A stretch of DNA of 64,000 nt, taken from NCBI GenBank assembly GCA_965645245.1, contig OZ287075.1:620001-684000 (forward strand), given 5' to 3'. The translations under genes were made by a program, and so were the position numbers. The stretch comes from Massalongia carnosa (Eukaryota). Each line of letters begins with the position of its first letter. Positions within the stretch are counted from its first letter, which is position 1. The notes under the pieces are model-generated. The model was not told where the DNA came from, searched no databases, and saw only the letters and a program-made list of their open reading frames with translations. Positions 26,714-39,626 of the stretch are shown in pieces.

Positions 26714-27172
26714 TAGTGAGGTGGAAACTGGCGCCTTCGAGCTTCGGAGATGAGGTATTCTGATTTTTACACCTATGCTCCTTCACGCTGGCTTGCCTGG
26801 CGAAAGGGGGCTCATTAATCTTTCTGCTGCTGTTTCGGAGCATTGATACTGCATTTTCTAGAGGGCTTTGGGACTTTCTGACTGAAAGGGGTTGGCATTT
26901 GCTCTGTGCCATTCAGGCATCATCTTTGTACTGCTAAAGTCGGATTATCAATTGAGCCGTGTATTCTGTTGAACTCATTTGAGCTTAATTTTCCGTTTCA
27001 ACGACAAAAATCAAGTCATGATACGGAGTTTCTCGCAGAACGGATAGTTGGATTTATCGTCGAATTGAGAGGTTTGTCTTTGAATGGAAAATCTGATAAA
27101 TGGTAGATGAGTTGTTGGATGGAAGAGTATGTGGAGTTTCCTATCAGATCCCTTCAAGCCCACGCGCTCCCG

Positions 27173-28144
27173 CTATCGTTTAACGTCGCCCTCCAGCCTT
27201 TCAATAAACCCTAGGATCCTTCGTTTCAAATCCTCGACGGGCTCGCCCCCTTTCTCGAGACTATGGGTTGCGCCCTTAACGATTCCAGAATCTTCATCCA
27301 CTACGCCCCCCCCATCTCGGATGTGCCTCGCCCACTTACCAACCAAAACGTGCTTGTCCACCGCCTCAGGCACAGCCTCATCCTTTTCGCCATATAAAAC
27401 ACTCAGACGTATCCTTGCCGCTCCAGCTTTCCCAAAAACTCTTCTCAGCCTCTCCTCGTCGAAATCGCTACTAAAATAATCGTCTTCCCCCGCATGATCA
27501 GGCCCTGGGCTTAGCAAACTGATCCACCTGTTCGCCGAGATGGGCGAGCGAAAGACCCCTCCAGTAATACTTCTTGGAAGAACATCTTCGCCCCTGCCTT
27601 CATCAATGTAGGTTTGCGCAAGCTCTATACTGGTCTTGTACTCTTCGGGCGAAAACAACCCAGCTAACGCTTCTCGATCACTTACCGCCGCCTGCAAGAT
27701 CCCTCCGTCAATGGGAGGCCGCTCGCCCTCGGAAACGAGATAATGCAGCACATCTTGGCAGCCGGTCGAATGGCCTAGCAGCACGATTTTCCCCCCAGGG
27801 TGCAAGTCGCGGAAATATCTCACACATTGCGCGATTTCCCTAACATCGAGGCCTAGCGACGACGTGCCCCAGCCGGAATAGGAGGATGAAAGAAGGACTT
27901 GCGCGAGGGAGTAGGATTCTGGGAGGGCTTTTGAGAGGCTGGGGATGTAGGGGACGGTAAGAAAGCCGTCTGTTAGACCGCCTATGAAGAGGATCATATT
28001 TTTTCTGGAGGCGGGGGGAGCATGTTCGAATGCGACAAGGCCTTTCGCCTGCGATGGGGCGTGAGCGATGGTTGCGGGAGAGGGGGCAGGGTTTTGACAT
28101 ACATATTGATGGAGAATGCCTGGATGGCTGCTCATGGTAGCCAT
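27173..28144 (-). CDS. DUF1749-type alpha/beta hydrolase
   Basis: FIGGLTDG oxyanion loop, GHSTGCQD nucleophile elbow, ILQAAVSDREA, DDYFSSD, GATH. Confidence 0.88.
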   Translation of the reverse strand: MATMSSHPGILHQYVCQNPAPSPATIAHAPSQAKGLVAFEHAPPASRKNMILFIGGLTDGFLTVPYIPSLSKALPESYSLAQVLLSSSYSGWGTSSLGLDVREIAQCVRYFRDLHPGGKIVLLGHSTGCQDVLHYLVSEGERPPIDGGILQAAVSDREALAGLFSPEEYKTSIELAQTYIDEGRGEDVLPRSITGGVFRSPISANRWISLLSPGPDHAGEDDYFSSDFDEERLRRVFGKAGAARIRLSVLYGEKDEAVPEAVDKHVLVGKWARHIRDGGGVVDEDSGIVKGATHSLEKGGEPVEDLKRRILGFIERLEGDVKR

Positions 28145-28509
28145 CTTTGCGCTACCGCCTACTAACTTAAAGCTTGAAAGAGCTACTCTAATACTGGATG
28201 AAGAGAAACGGGGGCAATGGAAAGGAGTTTGGGTGCTCTCTCCTTTGCTTTGTTGGGCAACCCAGCAGTTCCGAGCGCAATATCTGGTTAACTCGAGACT
28301 TAATGAATAAACTGATGCCTACATGATTATAAGTTGGGATCATATAGGATAGTAATAAGAGTAAACGGAAAAGATCTACATACCTCTCGGGTGGGGGATC
28401 CTTATCGATAACTATCGCAGTCACACACAACGCCAGCCGTCACACAGCAACTTCTTACGATATCATCGCAGACCTAAGGGGGCTATATTGCTGGACGTAA
28501 CTCATATCC

Positions 28510-30179
28510 ATGAACCCATTGTGGCAAGAAGAAGCAGAAGAAGCAGAAGAAGCAGCAGCAGCAGCAGAAGAAGAAGAAGAAGAAGAAGAAGCCCCTACTC
28601 CCAAGCGGCATAGCAGGCATGGATCAAGCAACAGACGTAAGGCCAATCAAGCAATCCTCATAGTTAACTGAAGCTCTCTAACCTTTTCCAGGTCCAATGG
28701 CACGACGGTTGACCAAAGGACCCTTGGATACAGTTGAGTATGCATAACTTTTCATCAATGACAGAAGCCCATTAATTTAAATATCAGTCCTCTCACCCTT
28801 GAGCCTCCCCCAACTCTAGGAAAATCCACCGCCGAAGCCGCAGAGCTCCCGATTCCTCCATCGCCCTTTAGCCCGCATCCTCTGTCCCCAGAAACCCCGG
28901 CGCCGCCGCCGCTGGAACCGCCGAGAGATTTCAGGTTTCTGCAGCAGCCGGAAATCTACCATGCCTTGACCCAGCTAGTATGCTTTTATCAAACACGTTC
29001 TCGTGGGAAATAAAAATCCACTAATAAGAGCAGGACCTGCCTCTCCCATTCCGCTCCCCAACCTATCAACCCTTGCTCTCAACTCCCATACCCACTCTCC
29101 TCGCCTCCGCAAACTTCCGCTCCGCAGCTACAGCAGCCGCCCACCAAATCTGCACCTCTCCGTCCCTCCCACTCGTGGAGCTCTTCTCCCTCCTTTACAC
29201 CCGCCTCGCCTGTCTAACCCTCATCAACGCCACCGCTCTCGCTGCCGAAGAATCCAAAGCCCTCGAGGATCTCAATTCCCCCTTCTACCGCGATCCAGCC
29301 ACGCATGCGCATTTCGCGCCCTGGGAACTGCGCGTCCTAGCCGTGCGGCTGCAAGGCATCGGCTACGGGGACTCGCGGAGGGGTATACTAGGGTACTACG
29401 ATTTAGCGCGCGACGCGCGGGCGGCGATCGTCAAGGCGGCGAGCAAGGAGGAGCGCGCGCAGTGGAAGGCTCGGCTGGAAGATCTGGGCACAAGGGTCGG
29501 CAACGCCTTAGTGGAGATGGGCGATTTCGGCGGTGCGGCACGGCATCTGGAAAGTTTCCGGGGCAAGGGTGGCGATGCTGGGGAGCGGTTGCTGAATGGG
29601 CGGTTGGCGCTGCTGCATCTTCGGTTGGGGAACGTGGCGGCGGCGAGAAGACACGTTCAGGGTGCAACAGCCATGTTGGACCCCTTGCTCAGCATGGCGG
29701 AAGGCCGCTTCGAGGACGCTGTGGACGGGTGGAAATCTTTAGGGGAAGCCTCAGATAACGAGCTCGTGGCGCAGAACTTGGCAGTTTGCCTGCTCTACAC
29801 CGGCCATTTAGACGAGGTATTACCCTCCTCCCCTTTCTTTCCTACATTCCATTTCCCGTTATTTTGCAAAGAAACCCACCTACCCCAACCATTGTTATTA
29901 TTGTTATTAAACCCCCTCCCCTGGGAGGAAAATCAAAAGGCAGGCCCGATTCTCACCTCGCTGATCGCGGCTGGGCACGCGTTCCCTGCGCTCACCTTCA
30001 ACCTGGCGACCGTGTACGAGCTCTGCAGCGAGCGAGCGGGGGCGAAAAAGGCCGCATTGGCCGAGGAGGTGGCGGCGACGTTGGCGGCGGGAACGGGAAC
30101 GGGAGATGGGGAGGTGGGCAAGGCTTCCTGGGGAAGCGAACGGGGCGCCGAGAGGGTGAATGCGGATTTCAAGCTTTGA
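28510..30179 (+). CDS. TPR protein, TRAPPC12/TTC15-like
   Basis: ATG 28510 with a GAA/GCA repeat encoding poly-E/A, then RRLTKGPLD, FRSAA, LLYTRLACL, PWELRVLAVRLQ, QNLAVCLLYTG, FNLATVYELC, C-terminal ADFKL. Exact exon structure is approximate. Confidence 0.7.
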
Positions 30180-30948
30180 AAACTTTGCTTGAACCGGCCA
30201 TGGGGATTGGGGGATCGGGGGATAGGGGATCGGGGGATGGGGGGGGGGTTTTCGGGGCACGACTGTTTCTGTGGTACATGGGTGGTAAGTAGTGCTTGAC
30301 CCATCCATCATTCCCATCTTCTGTTATAGACCTGGTTGACACAGGGGAGCGGGAGTGGGGATCGTTCACTACTCGACGGAAAGAGAGACAACGACTGTTG
30401 TATTTTTACTAGGAAAGTTAAAAAAATTTTCCACCTGGTTTGAAAACTGTAAAAGGAAGAATAGAACAAGTGTTCGTTCCATTCATGCACGAAAAAAAAA
30501 GAAAAAACTACAGAAAAGCCCACACCGGGCCCCTCATTTCGCCATTAGAACCTCAACATTCTGCTTGCGGCAGGCTGCGCACAGCTCGAAATCATGGGGG
30601 TCTTCAATTGTCTCGTTGAAAAGGGTGCGTCTCGTCTACAAAATAATCCGGCCATACCAACCGGCATATCGATCGTGAAAGAGCATCGGTCTTGTGCCCG
30701 GATGGCGTCCATACGGCGCTGTGACTGCCACATTGCTGGTTTTATCCCGTCGATGTGCTCCTCTATTCGCACCGTGTGTAAAATGATGGTAAAAGACGAC
30801 ATGACAATGAGTATCCGCACCTCCTCCACCACAAATGAGTAACATCCACTCGGGTGAAGCAGCCAGGGCTTCAGCTCCCGAAGTCAACGCCAAAGCCATG
30901 ACTCTTCATGTGCGTGTCAAATCGATCTAAAGCAGCATTTCCATACTA

Positions 30949-32406
30949 TCACTGCTTCACCTTCTTCCCCCCTTCCCCTTTCTCCAAAATCCCTCCATCT
31001 CTCTTCTTCCCATTCACAGCCCCAGACCGGGTGGTAGCCTTAGTCCGTTGCCACGCCGCAAACGGGCTCACTTTCTTCATAAACCTGCGCTCCGACGAAG
31101 CAAGCTCTTCAGGTGGTGGCTGGTCAGACGGACTGGGGTTAAGCAATGCCTTCTTCGTGGCAGCTCGAGTTGCATGTCCCATTTTGGGAGGTGTAGTTGG
31201 TACAGTGAGAGAGGGGTCGATAGGCGTGACGAGGGTTTCTTCCTCCGTGTCCGGAGCTAGGTCTGTCATTTCGCTGTCGTTGGGGAGGGGAGGCAGCTCT
31301 TCGATGTCGGTGATGGCTTCTTCATCGTCGGCGGTGGCGATGGAGCGTTCTTTGTGCTGGGCCGCGGTAGGAAAGAGGAGACGAGGCTTGATTGATGACC
31401 GTGTGAAAGGACGTAGGCGAGGGGAAGAAATTTCAGCGTCGAGTTCAGTGTCGTTCCAGTCTAGGGACAGGGGATTGTTGTCGGGGACAGTTTCCTCTGC
31501 AAATTTACGGAATATTTTCTTGCCGCGACTAAACCAGGAAAATTAGCGACTGGCCCTTTCATGTGGGCAAAGGTTTTCTTACAATACATAGACCATGCCT
31601 TTCTCATGATTAAAAGCCTCTTCAATTTCCTTGTTCCCATGCACGGTGCTACTCCCCTTCCGTTTTTTGCTTCCCCTAGATTTGCGCTTCTCTTGGGATG
31701 GCCCGGGTTGAGCAGCGATATCGTAGAAGGGGTTTTCTTCGCTTGTGTCTAGTTCTGGTAGCTTCTCTTTCGAATCCGTGAAAATATGAATCTTGCCTTC
31801 AGAACTCGTCTCGTTCTCTTCGAAGGAGCTCGTCAATGAAAACCCCACATGCCTTCTGTTCCGTCGCTTCCGAGGTGTTGGCATAACCTCCTCCACAGTC
31901 TCTGGACGGACAGGAAACAAAACTCGTGAAGCGGAGGCTAAAGCTTTAGAGTGAATTTGCTTTTTGCGTGGAGTTTTCGCCGGCGTTGGAAGCATGTTTG
32001 CGCCAATTGCTGTGGTTGACTGCAATAATAAAGTATCGCCAGCATCTTGGGACACCAGAAGCGAGGAGTTATCCAACGACGAATTGATGTCATCCATAGC
32101 CGCACTACTATCCTTTCTTGCTCTAAAACCCTTTTTCTGTGGGGAGGTTTGAGTAGAAGATGGAGGTGAATAGGCAAATGCAGCTTGACGTCTGGTGGAC
32201 ACGCCCTTATGGTCTGATTTTGAGGCGCCTTGAGGTTCGCTAGTCGAAGCTAGTGGAGGAGGGGTTTGCGTGGCGCGTTGATTGCGTTGTGTTGAATGGC
32301 GCGTACTTCTTCGGGATAAGTAGGGTTGATAGAAATCGTATCTGGCGCCGTGTAAGGGGGTTGACGGAGTATGGACGGCGGTTTGCAACGGTGGTGTTGT
32401 TGCCAT
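30949..32406 (-). CDS. Rum1/Sic1-like CDK inhibitor
   Basis: Intron 31529-31582 gives GMVYVFRGKKIFRKF. Also PTPAKTPRKK, EENPFY, SIKPRLLFP and many S/T-P sites. Confidence 0.75.
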
Positions 32407-32921
32407 TATAGCAGACAACTGCGAGGGTGGAAAATGTCCACCATGTAATGAAATATCTCTAGCGGAACCTTGTGAGCAATCCAGGCCAGTGAATCGAGGG
32501 GCGCAGCGGAGATGATCCTGAGCGTTCCAAGCCCAACAACTCAACTATAACGCTTGAAGCAGGAAGTTGCAAAGAGTCTCAAGCATTGAGTGGGGTGAAT
32601 TGGGTGTAATAAGATTTGGTTCGGAATGAAGGGATGAAGAAGTAGAAGGAATGTCGTTGTCGAAACGCAAGAGGCAAGTTCCGGGCGTTTGACGGTGGCT
32701 GGCAATTCGCTTGGCATTCGTGGCATTCAGCGTTCGACAATTGGCTGTGGCGCGGAGGCTGAACATGAAGCGCGTCAGCGTCAATCACACACACAAACAT
32801 CTGCCAATCATCATTGTAATTCGACAAACAATTGGTTACGAATGAATAACAGCACAGAGTACAGATAGAGCACGGTAGCCATCGGACTCGTTATTTATTC
32901 TCTTGTTTTCTCAAGCCCAAC

Positions 32922-33731
32922 ATGGCCCGCAATGACGCTGCGCTAGCCATGGAGTCGCTCAACCTCTCGGATCCTGATTCCGATACAGAGAATCTCTTCG
33001 CATCACCCTCTCGCACTGAAAAGAAGCCTGCTGAAACCAAGGCCTTAGCTCCCACCAATCCCATCATCCCTGGCAAGGCTTCTCGCGAGCTTCCCAACGA
33101 TCCTACCCCCGATAGCGAAGAAGTTCGAGAAGCAGGTTTACGGCGTGAATTAGCTAGTATCCGTAGCATCAACGAAGTCATAGAGGGCGTGGTGGATAGC
33201 CTGGAGCGCGCGAAAGGAAACATGGACGTTCGTTTCTCCTACAGTTCAGTCACAACCTGATGAGCGCATACTCATCCTCAGCAGGCAGTTTCTCGCACCG
33301 TAACCAATGCCTCAACTCTTCTCAGTACCTGGACGCGCATCCTATCGCAAACTGAACATAATCAACGTCTTATTCTCAATCCCGCTTGGCAAGGTGCCAG
33401 CCAAGACATCTCCAACCTGGAGAATGAGGGCGTGCTGAGGCGGCAAGAAAAGGAGAGGAGGGCGATGGAGGAAGTGCAAGGACGGGAGGCGAGTGCGAAG
33501 AAGGCGGAGGAGGATGAAAGGAAAAGCTCAGAAGCTGTGAGTGCGAGGGGTAGCAAAGGCACGAGAGGGAGAGGAAGAGGAACTGGAAGAGCGTCAAACG
33601 CTGGGTACGTCGGAGTGGGAGGGCAGGGAGGGAGAGGAGTGAGCAGGGGTGGTGGAATGACTCCAGGAAGGGCAAGCAGTGGTATTAGAAGGGGATTGAG
33701 TGGGAGAGGAAGAGGGAGAGGACTGTCATAA
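32922..33731 (+). CDS. DUO1: DASH complex subunit Duo1
   Basis: LRRELASIRSINEVIEGVVDSL, intron ~33228-33283, TVTNASTLLSTWTRILSQTEHNQRLILNPAWQG, RG-rich tail. Confidence 0.9.
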
Positions 33732-33935
33732 CATAACGCAACGACTTGGCTTTGTCTAGCCTTGAATTACTTCCATCGCTCGGGACCCCCAAAGTCCTGC
33801 ATCGCCTCTGTGGTAGGCATAAACTTCCACCTAAAAGTACAGGATATTATCGAGCACTCGTAAGAGTCATACAAGAATCATACAAGCAATATGGACTAAC
33901 TCTAAAAACCAATAAGTCATACTATCGGCAGCAAT

Positions 33936-36885
33936 CTACTTAGCCTGCGTAATCACTCCCTCGTACTCCCTGGAGGTGATATAGTCCAAGGTCCGTTGGA
34001 AGTGCCGCTTTGGGTTATCCAACGAAGAGCTTTCTTGATTCGTTTGAAGGTTAGAATGAATGAGTTCAATCAACCCATTTAAATACTTCGTCGTAACCTA
34101 TCGTCATCAGCGTGCGGCGTTTTTCACTGCTAGGGGGAGAACCCTACCGTCTCGTTTTGCTGATCAAAATAGTACACGTATCTATTCAATATCTCGACAA
34201 ATAACTCGACAGAAACCGCGGTATCCATACATGCATCCGCAACGCGGAGGGCCCGCTGTAGACATTCAAGCACACGTTTTCCATCTCTATAAAGCTACAA
34301 AAGGTTAGCTTAGCCTCCGGCACGGTAAATTGACGTACATTTTTGGAGTCTTCTTCCCCTTTTGCAGATATTTCCACCGCCCACCACAAATGACTTGCTA
34401 GATATACTGCTCTGCATTGATCCGGCTTCTTCAAAAGCTTGCTGCCATGCAATGCGCACTTTGTAATCAACGTGTCATAATTCTCCTTGCCGAAGCCTCG
34501 GGTCCCATGCAAGGCTCCAGCAATGACACAAACAGCTTGAAATTGCGCTCGCGAGTCACTTACGGCTTCTTCATATATGGTGAATGCCTGTGCGAAGAAC
34601 TCATACGCAACTTCTTCAAATCCTGTCTGATCGGCTACCTGACCACAAGCGATGAAAAGACGCAGGCATAAGTCGGCTGCGCCATTCACTCGGGTATAAA
34701 GCGCGGAAATAGAGTTATGCATGAACTTGTAAAGTGCGGAAGACTGCGTTTGCCAATTGTCATCATAATGTTCCCGAGTTTTGAATTTTCGGGCCAGTTT
34801 AAGGGACGAAGTAAGAAGAGCAGGGGTGGTGTATTTGATACGTTCGTTGCCATCAGCGAAAGCTTTACGGCAGGTTTGGAGAAGCTCAAACTGTGTATCA
34901 TTGCTAGGGCTGTGGATTAGATGAACAATGCGAGCCAGCCATCCCTGCTCCGTGATTGTCTCATCGGTTTCAGCTCCCCGTCGCTGGCTTGGTACGCCAG
35001 GGTAGCCGCCAGGCTGTTGCATGCCTTCTCTGATCAACACACGCAATATCTCAATCACACCATCGAGGTTTGCGGCACTTGTTATCTTTGTCTGGTTCCG
35101 AAGTATGTTTTGAGCCACCTCGCTAGCGACTGCGCGACGGGTAGAATATGTTTGTGCATGTAGAAGGGGTATATAGCTCGGAAGAGCAAGAGCGGTAAAC
35201 AAAGAGACGTAGAATTTGACGGGAGCAAGGAGAAGCGCGAGGATATTAGACTGGGTAGGAGCCGAGTGCAGGTCGGCGCTACTGGCGAATTGTGCAACCT
35301 TTTCGTTAGCATATGAAAGGATTTGGTCAACGTATTCTATCTCTGCATCAGCTTCTGTACATCAACTGCGCTAAAGATAATGTACCCAATTGCTCCGGGT
35401 AGATATTTCTTTATTCATTAGCAAGCGTATAAACCGAGTCTTTTAAGCAACTCACAGGGCGAGATTAGTCAACGAGACCAGTAAAGCAATGATATCTTGA
35501 ATTTGAAGTCGTTGTGCATTAACAAGATTGATCACCTGCTCGTAAAACACCTCGTATAACTTGACATTATCTGGTATGCCCCTATTTTTCTTAGCGGGAG
35601 TTTTTTCAATCTCGCCGTCGACAGCGGCTGAAGCAGGTTCAGGTTCATTAGACTGTGGTGTGTGGCCATTATTTTTAATGGTCTCGCCTATCTTATCGCC
35701 GTTGGTCTGATCTCCGTCGGCCTGTTGAGTTTCACTGTCCACGTTGTCTGCGGATTTAGTCCCCTTAGAGACACGGAGTTGCTCCAATAATTTGGCGGCT
35801 GCCTCTTCCTCTGTTTGCTTGCGGTCTTCTGCTGGCTCCGACTCCGACTCTCGAGCTGCGTATGATGATAGTCTATCCATCAAACCGATGACTATCGCCT
35901 TTATATTCACGTGAGGGTTCAACCGAGCTATTGCAGACAGGAGTTGATCCAGCGTATTGAGATGAAATTCATCCGGAAAAACTTGTGTAATGACTACAAG
36001 AACTCGTCAGCTTTACTTCGACATCGAAGGTAATTCAAGCAACCTTCAAGGAGATATTCTTGCGCCAGCACGTCTCTGCATTGTACCACTTGTTCTAACA
36101 GGGGCTGTAGGATGACGGTCTTGTAGGCTTCCAGGTCCACCAACTGGCTTAATCGGACTAAATTACTCCCCACAAGCAATTGCAGCTCTTGCCTTTCTTT
36201 CGTTCTTTGCTCCCTTTCTCTTGAATGCCCTTGATGCTGCAGCCTAACCCAGAGTTTATTCATCTCAACAAAATTCGTCAAGATGAAACTTATCGAATCT
36301 TGCAGGTTTCCCTCTGGGCCGTCACCGTTCCCCGTTGGCAAAGAATCTCTAGCCTGACCGGACAAGTAATATCTCAAGAAAAGTCCTCGGATGGGGTGTT
36401 GGACCCCTCGGCTCATCTCCATCATGTCTTTCATAATTTCTTTCACAGGGGCATCTTCAATTGCCATATACACCGTTCCAACAGTTACCATTAGATAGAG
36501 CCGGGGCACAATGTTACCTGCATATTGGACAAGTTCGTAAAGATCAGCTAGGTGGTTGACGGGATGGGACTCTCGGAGGTAGACGGAAAGGTGTCTCAAT
36601 GCATCAAAAACTGCCATGTAGAGCTCATAGTATTGCTTAGGCCCAAGACTGCTAGTTCTAAGCTCCGATACGAGGGTAGAGCTGTAGGGTCAAGCACTAG
36701 TCAGTAACTGCAGCCTATAAAGGATTCGTGGCACTAGACTCTGAGCCTCACCTGCACTTCAAAGCATCCATGAGTTTGCCTGGGGTCTCTAGACATTTGC
36801 GCATCAGGTTTGTCTGTTGTCGCACCATGACCAAGGCATCTTCCAGCAATCGAGCCTGGTCCTCGACAGCTGGCGGAGAAGTCAT
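33936..36885 (-). CDS. VPS35: Retromer subunit Vps35
   Basis: [77 protein letters not shown]; multi-exon. Confidence 0.97.
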
Positions 36886-37582
36886 TGTGCTCCTTCGGAC
36901 ATTTATCAAGCGTCGAGATGAATGGTTTATTCTTCATTACAGAACGAGGAGGCTCTATTGGGAATTATAGAAGCCATGATGAAGGTAATATGCTCGAAAC
37001 GGAAAAGGAAACTCACGTGCATCATTCGCTTCGGAAGAAGCCGCCTTACGTGGATTCACTGTCATGTGGCTACGTAGATATGGTTATAACGGTTTCAAGG
37101 CACAAAAGACTTCTTGGTTAAAGGAGTAAGATCTATCACACCAGAACTTGTCGTATTATTCTAATTAAGTATGTTTTATTCCTCCCACATTTATACAAGG
37201 CCTCAAAGAGCTGCAGCGAGACTCCTGTTTTGAAATGCAATTCCCTCTCCATCCCATGTGGATCAGACACGCGATAACCCTCGCAAATGCCTCCCAGTGT
37301 AATTCGTCTATTGTGCGTTAAATAGATCCAGTAGTTCGTACATTCTATTAAAGTCGTCATGCCATAATATCTTCCCTTCTCGGCTCAATCGTCTCCGCAT
37401 CCCCAGGATCACCGCTGTGTTTATCCAAAGAAGAATGTAACTCGCATGTATCAAACAGCTATGCTTTACAGCAAAGGCCAATATCAGAGCTTCGCTTGAA
37501 GGCTTGATTATCATGCTCGCAAGCTTCCGTTGCCACGCCTGAATTGGGGGGTTTTGTGGGGTTTAAGAGTTGGCTTTCGGAC

Positions 37583-38410
37583 TCAAGGCGCAACTGTTGA
37601 GGTGGGAGAGGTTATTCCAGTGCCTTCTCGGGTTTTGAATGAAAATAGCGTAGAAGGGCCCGAGGTAGGATTTGGGGGATAGGTTTGCCATAACCCATTA
37701 TCATAGCTCATATTAAGCGTCTTCCTTGGTGGATTGGAACTTAAAGTATTGTTGGTATGGTGAGCATCCTTCAATCCCAGTGAGGAAGAAACCCTGGAGG
37801 AAGACGTGAAAGTAGAAGAACACGGTTGGATTGCGGTTGGTGACGATGTTGTTGAGGGTGTAAGCACGTTATTCTTCGCAGGGCGGTGTGATGATGTTGT
37901 TGACAGTGTTGCGAAATATGTTATTATTGATAGAGAGTCATCGAGGGGTGATTCGGTTTGTCTAGCAGGATCGACCACACGATAGGATGAAGCAGTAGAC
38001 GAACTACTTGGAGGGGATTTAGAAGCGATGGAGGTAGAGGTGTATGCAGCGCTCGACTCGGTATTTCTCGTCGTAGATTTGGAAGTTGTTGTAGAAGGAG
38101 AAATGATCTTGGCTGATGTCTCTGTGATCACCTTTGTCGTTATAACTGTCTCCTTTGGCCCTGAAGGGATGGTAGGTGAGGCAGTGACAGTCTTCTTGTC
38201 TTCCAAGGTGTGAGTCACGGTCACAATTTTGGACAACGCAGAAGTACTTGATATGGCTGCCGAGCTCCCATCTACAGCAACAACTGAATAAGAAGCGCGC
38301 TTCTGATTTGCAAGCCGTTGGACAGCCCCATTTGACTTAAGTGGTAGTGCACCAATCATCACGATTAGCGATGAGAAGACGATAGCTTTGAATAGAACTT
38401 GAAGATGCAT
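37583..38410 (-). CDS. Secreted Ser/Thr-rich protein of unknown function
   Basis: Signal peptide, Kex2-like QKR site, YSVVAVDG motif, S/T-rich stalk, YDNGLWQTYP near the C-terminus. Confidence 0.7.
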   Translation of the reverse strand: MHLQVLFKAIVFSSLIVMIGALPLKSNGAVQRLANQKRASYSVVAVDGSSAAISSTSALSKIVTVTHTLEDKKTVTASPTIPSGPKETVITTKVITETSAKIISPSTTTSKSTTRNTESSAAYTSTSIASKSPPSSSSTASSYRVVDPARQTESPLDDSLSIITYFATLSTTSSHRPAKNNVLTPSTTSSPTAIQPCSSTFTSSSRVSSSLGLKDAHHTNNTLSSNPPRKTLNMSYDNGLWQTYPPNPTSGPSTLFSFKTREGTGITSPTSTVAP

Positions 38411-39626
38411 GGCTGATGCAAAAAAAGTGTTCAATTAAACGAGAAGATATTAGAAAAGCTGTATCTGTAGCTGTCCGTAAATAAATATTGAGTTCAGGAA
38501 GGGACTTTGTAAAAGGTATATAGAGAGGCTCTGGGCAAAGAACTCGAACGCACAAGAGAGTTTCGATGTGTACAAAGTGGGGAAGCAAGAGGAAACGTGC
38601 AGAGAAAGCACCATCTATCAATTGATAGACTTTTCGATGGCTGGAAATAATTCTAGTGAAGAGGTTGGGAAGTTTTTAAAAATAAACAAACTCCCGGTAC
38701 GCAGTGTGGCTGCAGTGGCTGCATAATAATTAATGTGGCTAGAGGGCTAGCCAGCACGTGCCTAGCAGACCCGCTACTGTGCAAAGGGAAGATAAACAAG
38801 TCTAGACTAAAGCTAGTTAGCGTCATTCGCTTGTTATCGCCAAACGAACAGAGTCGGAATGATAAAGCGCAATCTTGCCAAGGCAAGGCAATACTTGAAT
38901 CTTGAGTGGGTGTTGTTACGAAGGTAGATGACCACTCCCCATGATCAAGCGATCCAAAAACCAGTCCTTGGGTAAACATTAGAATCCTCGCGAAGGCCGT
39001 TGAGATACTCAATGCCTTTATGGATATGGCCAGCCCGTATTCGCTTCCGTCCGGATTGCAGAATGGCGACCTAATACTTGCTCCAAGCCGTGAAGAGCAT
39101 ACCCTATTGCGATTAATCAGTACATTATCCGTATCTCTCTTGGAGAGGTCAGGCCATCAGAGTCCTCAGGGCCAAGTTCGAGTACAAGGACTTGAGATTT
39201 CGTAGATCCCCTTTAAATACATGTCCCCAATCGCGATTGTGGGTTGGACTCGAACGATCCTATGTCTTTCCTAATCTCTGAAGTGTTATGATGTGTTTTT
39301 GCGCAGATTGACCAATAGACAGGAGGTATGATATCTGAGGATTGGAACACAGATGGCTAGCACAAATTTTCGCATTTAACACTGGTGAGTACGGCTAGCT
39401 TTTGTAACCTCTATCCAAACGCTATAAATAACGTTAGCCCACATCTCGCAGCAACCTAGCGCACGTAAATTTGTAGGTGGCGCATACAGTCCTATACCAA
39501 AAGTCTGCGTCCCGGAGCAGTTTTTTACCAAATTACGTACTTTTTAAGAATTTATTACAAAACATACAGTTAAATAATTTTTTAATAAAAATTCTTTGAA
39601 CAGGTTTAAACATAGGATTTAAAGTA

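Noticed and set aside
30545..30899. Short ORFs between the TRAPPC12-like and Rum1-like genes
   Set aside because: No recognisable motifs or splice structure; likely 3' UTR.
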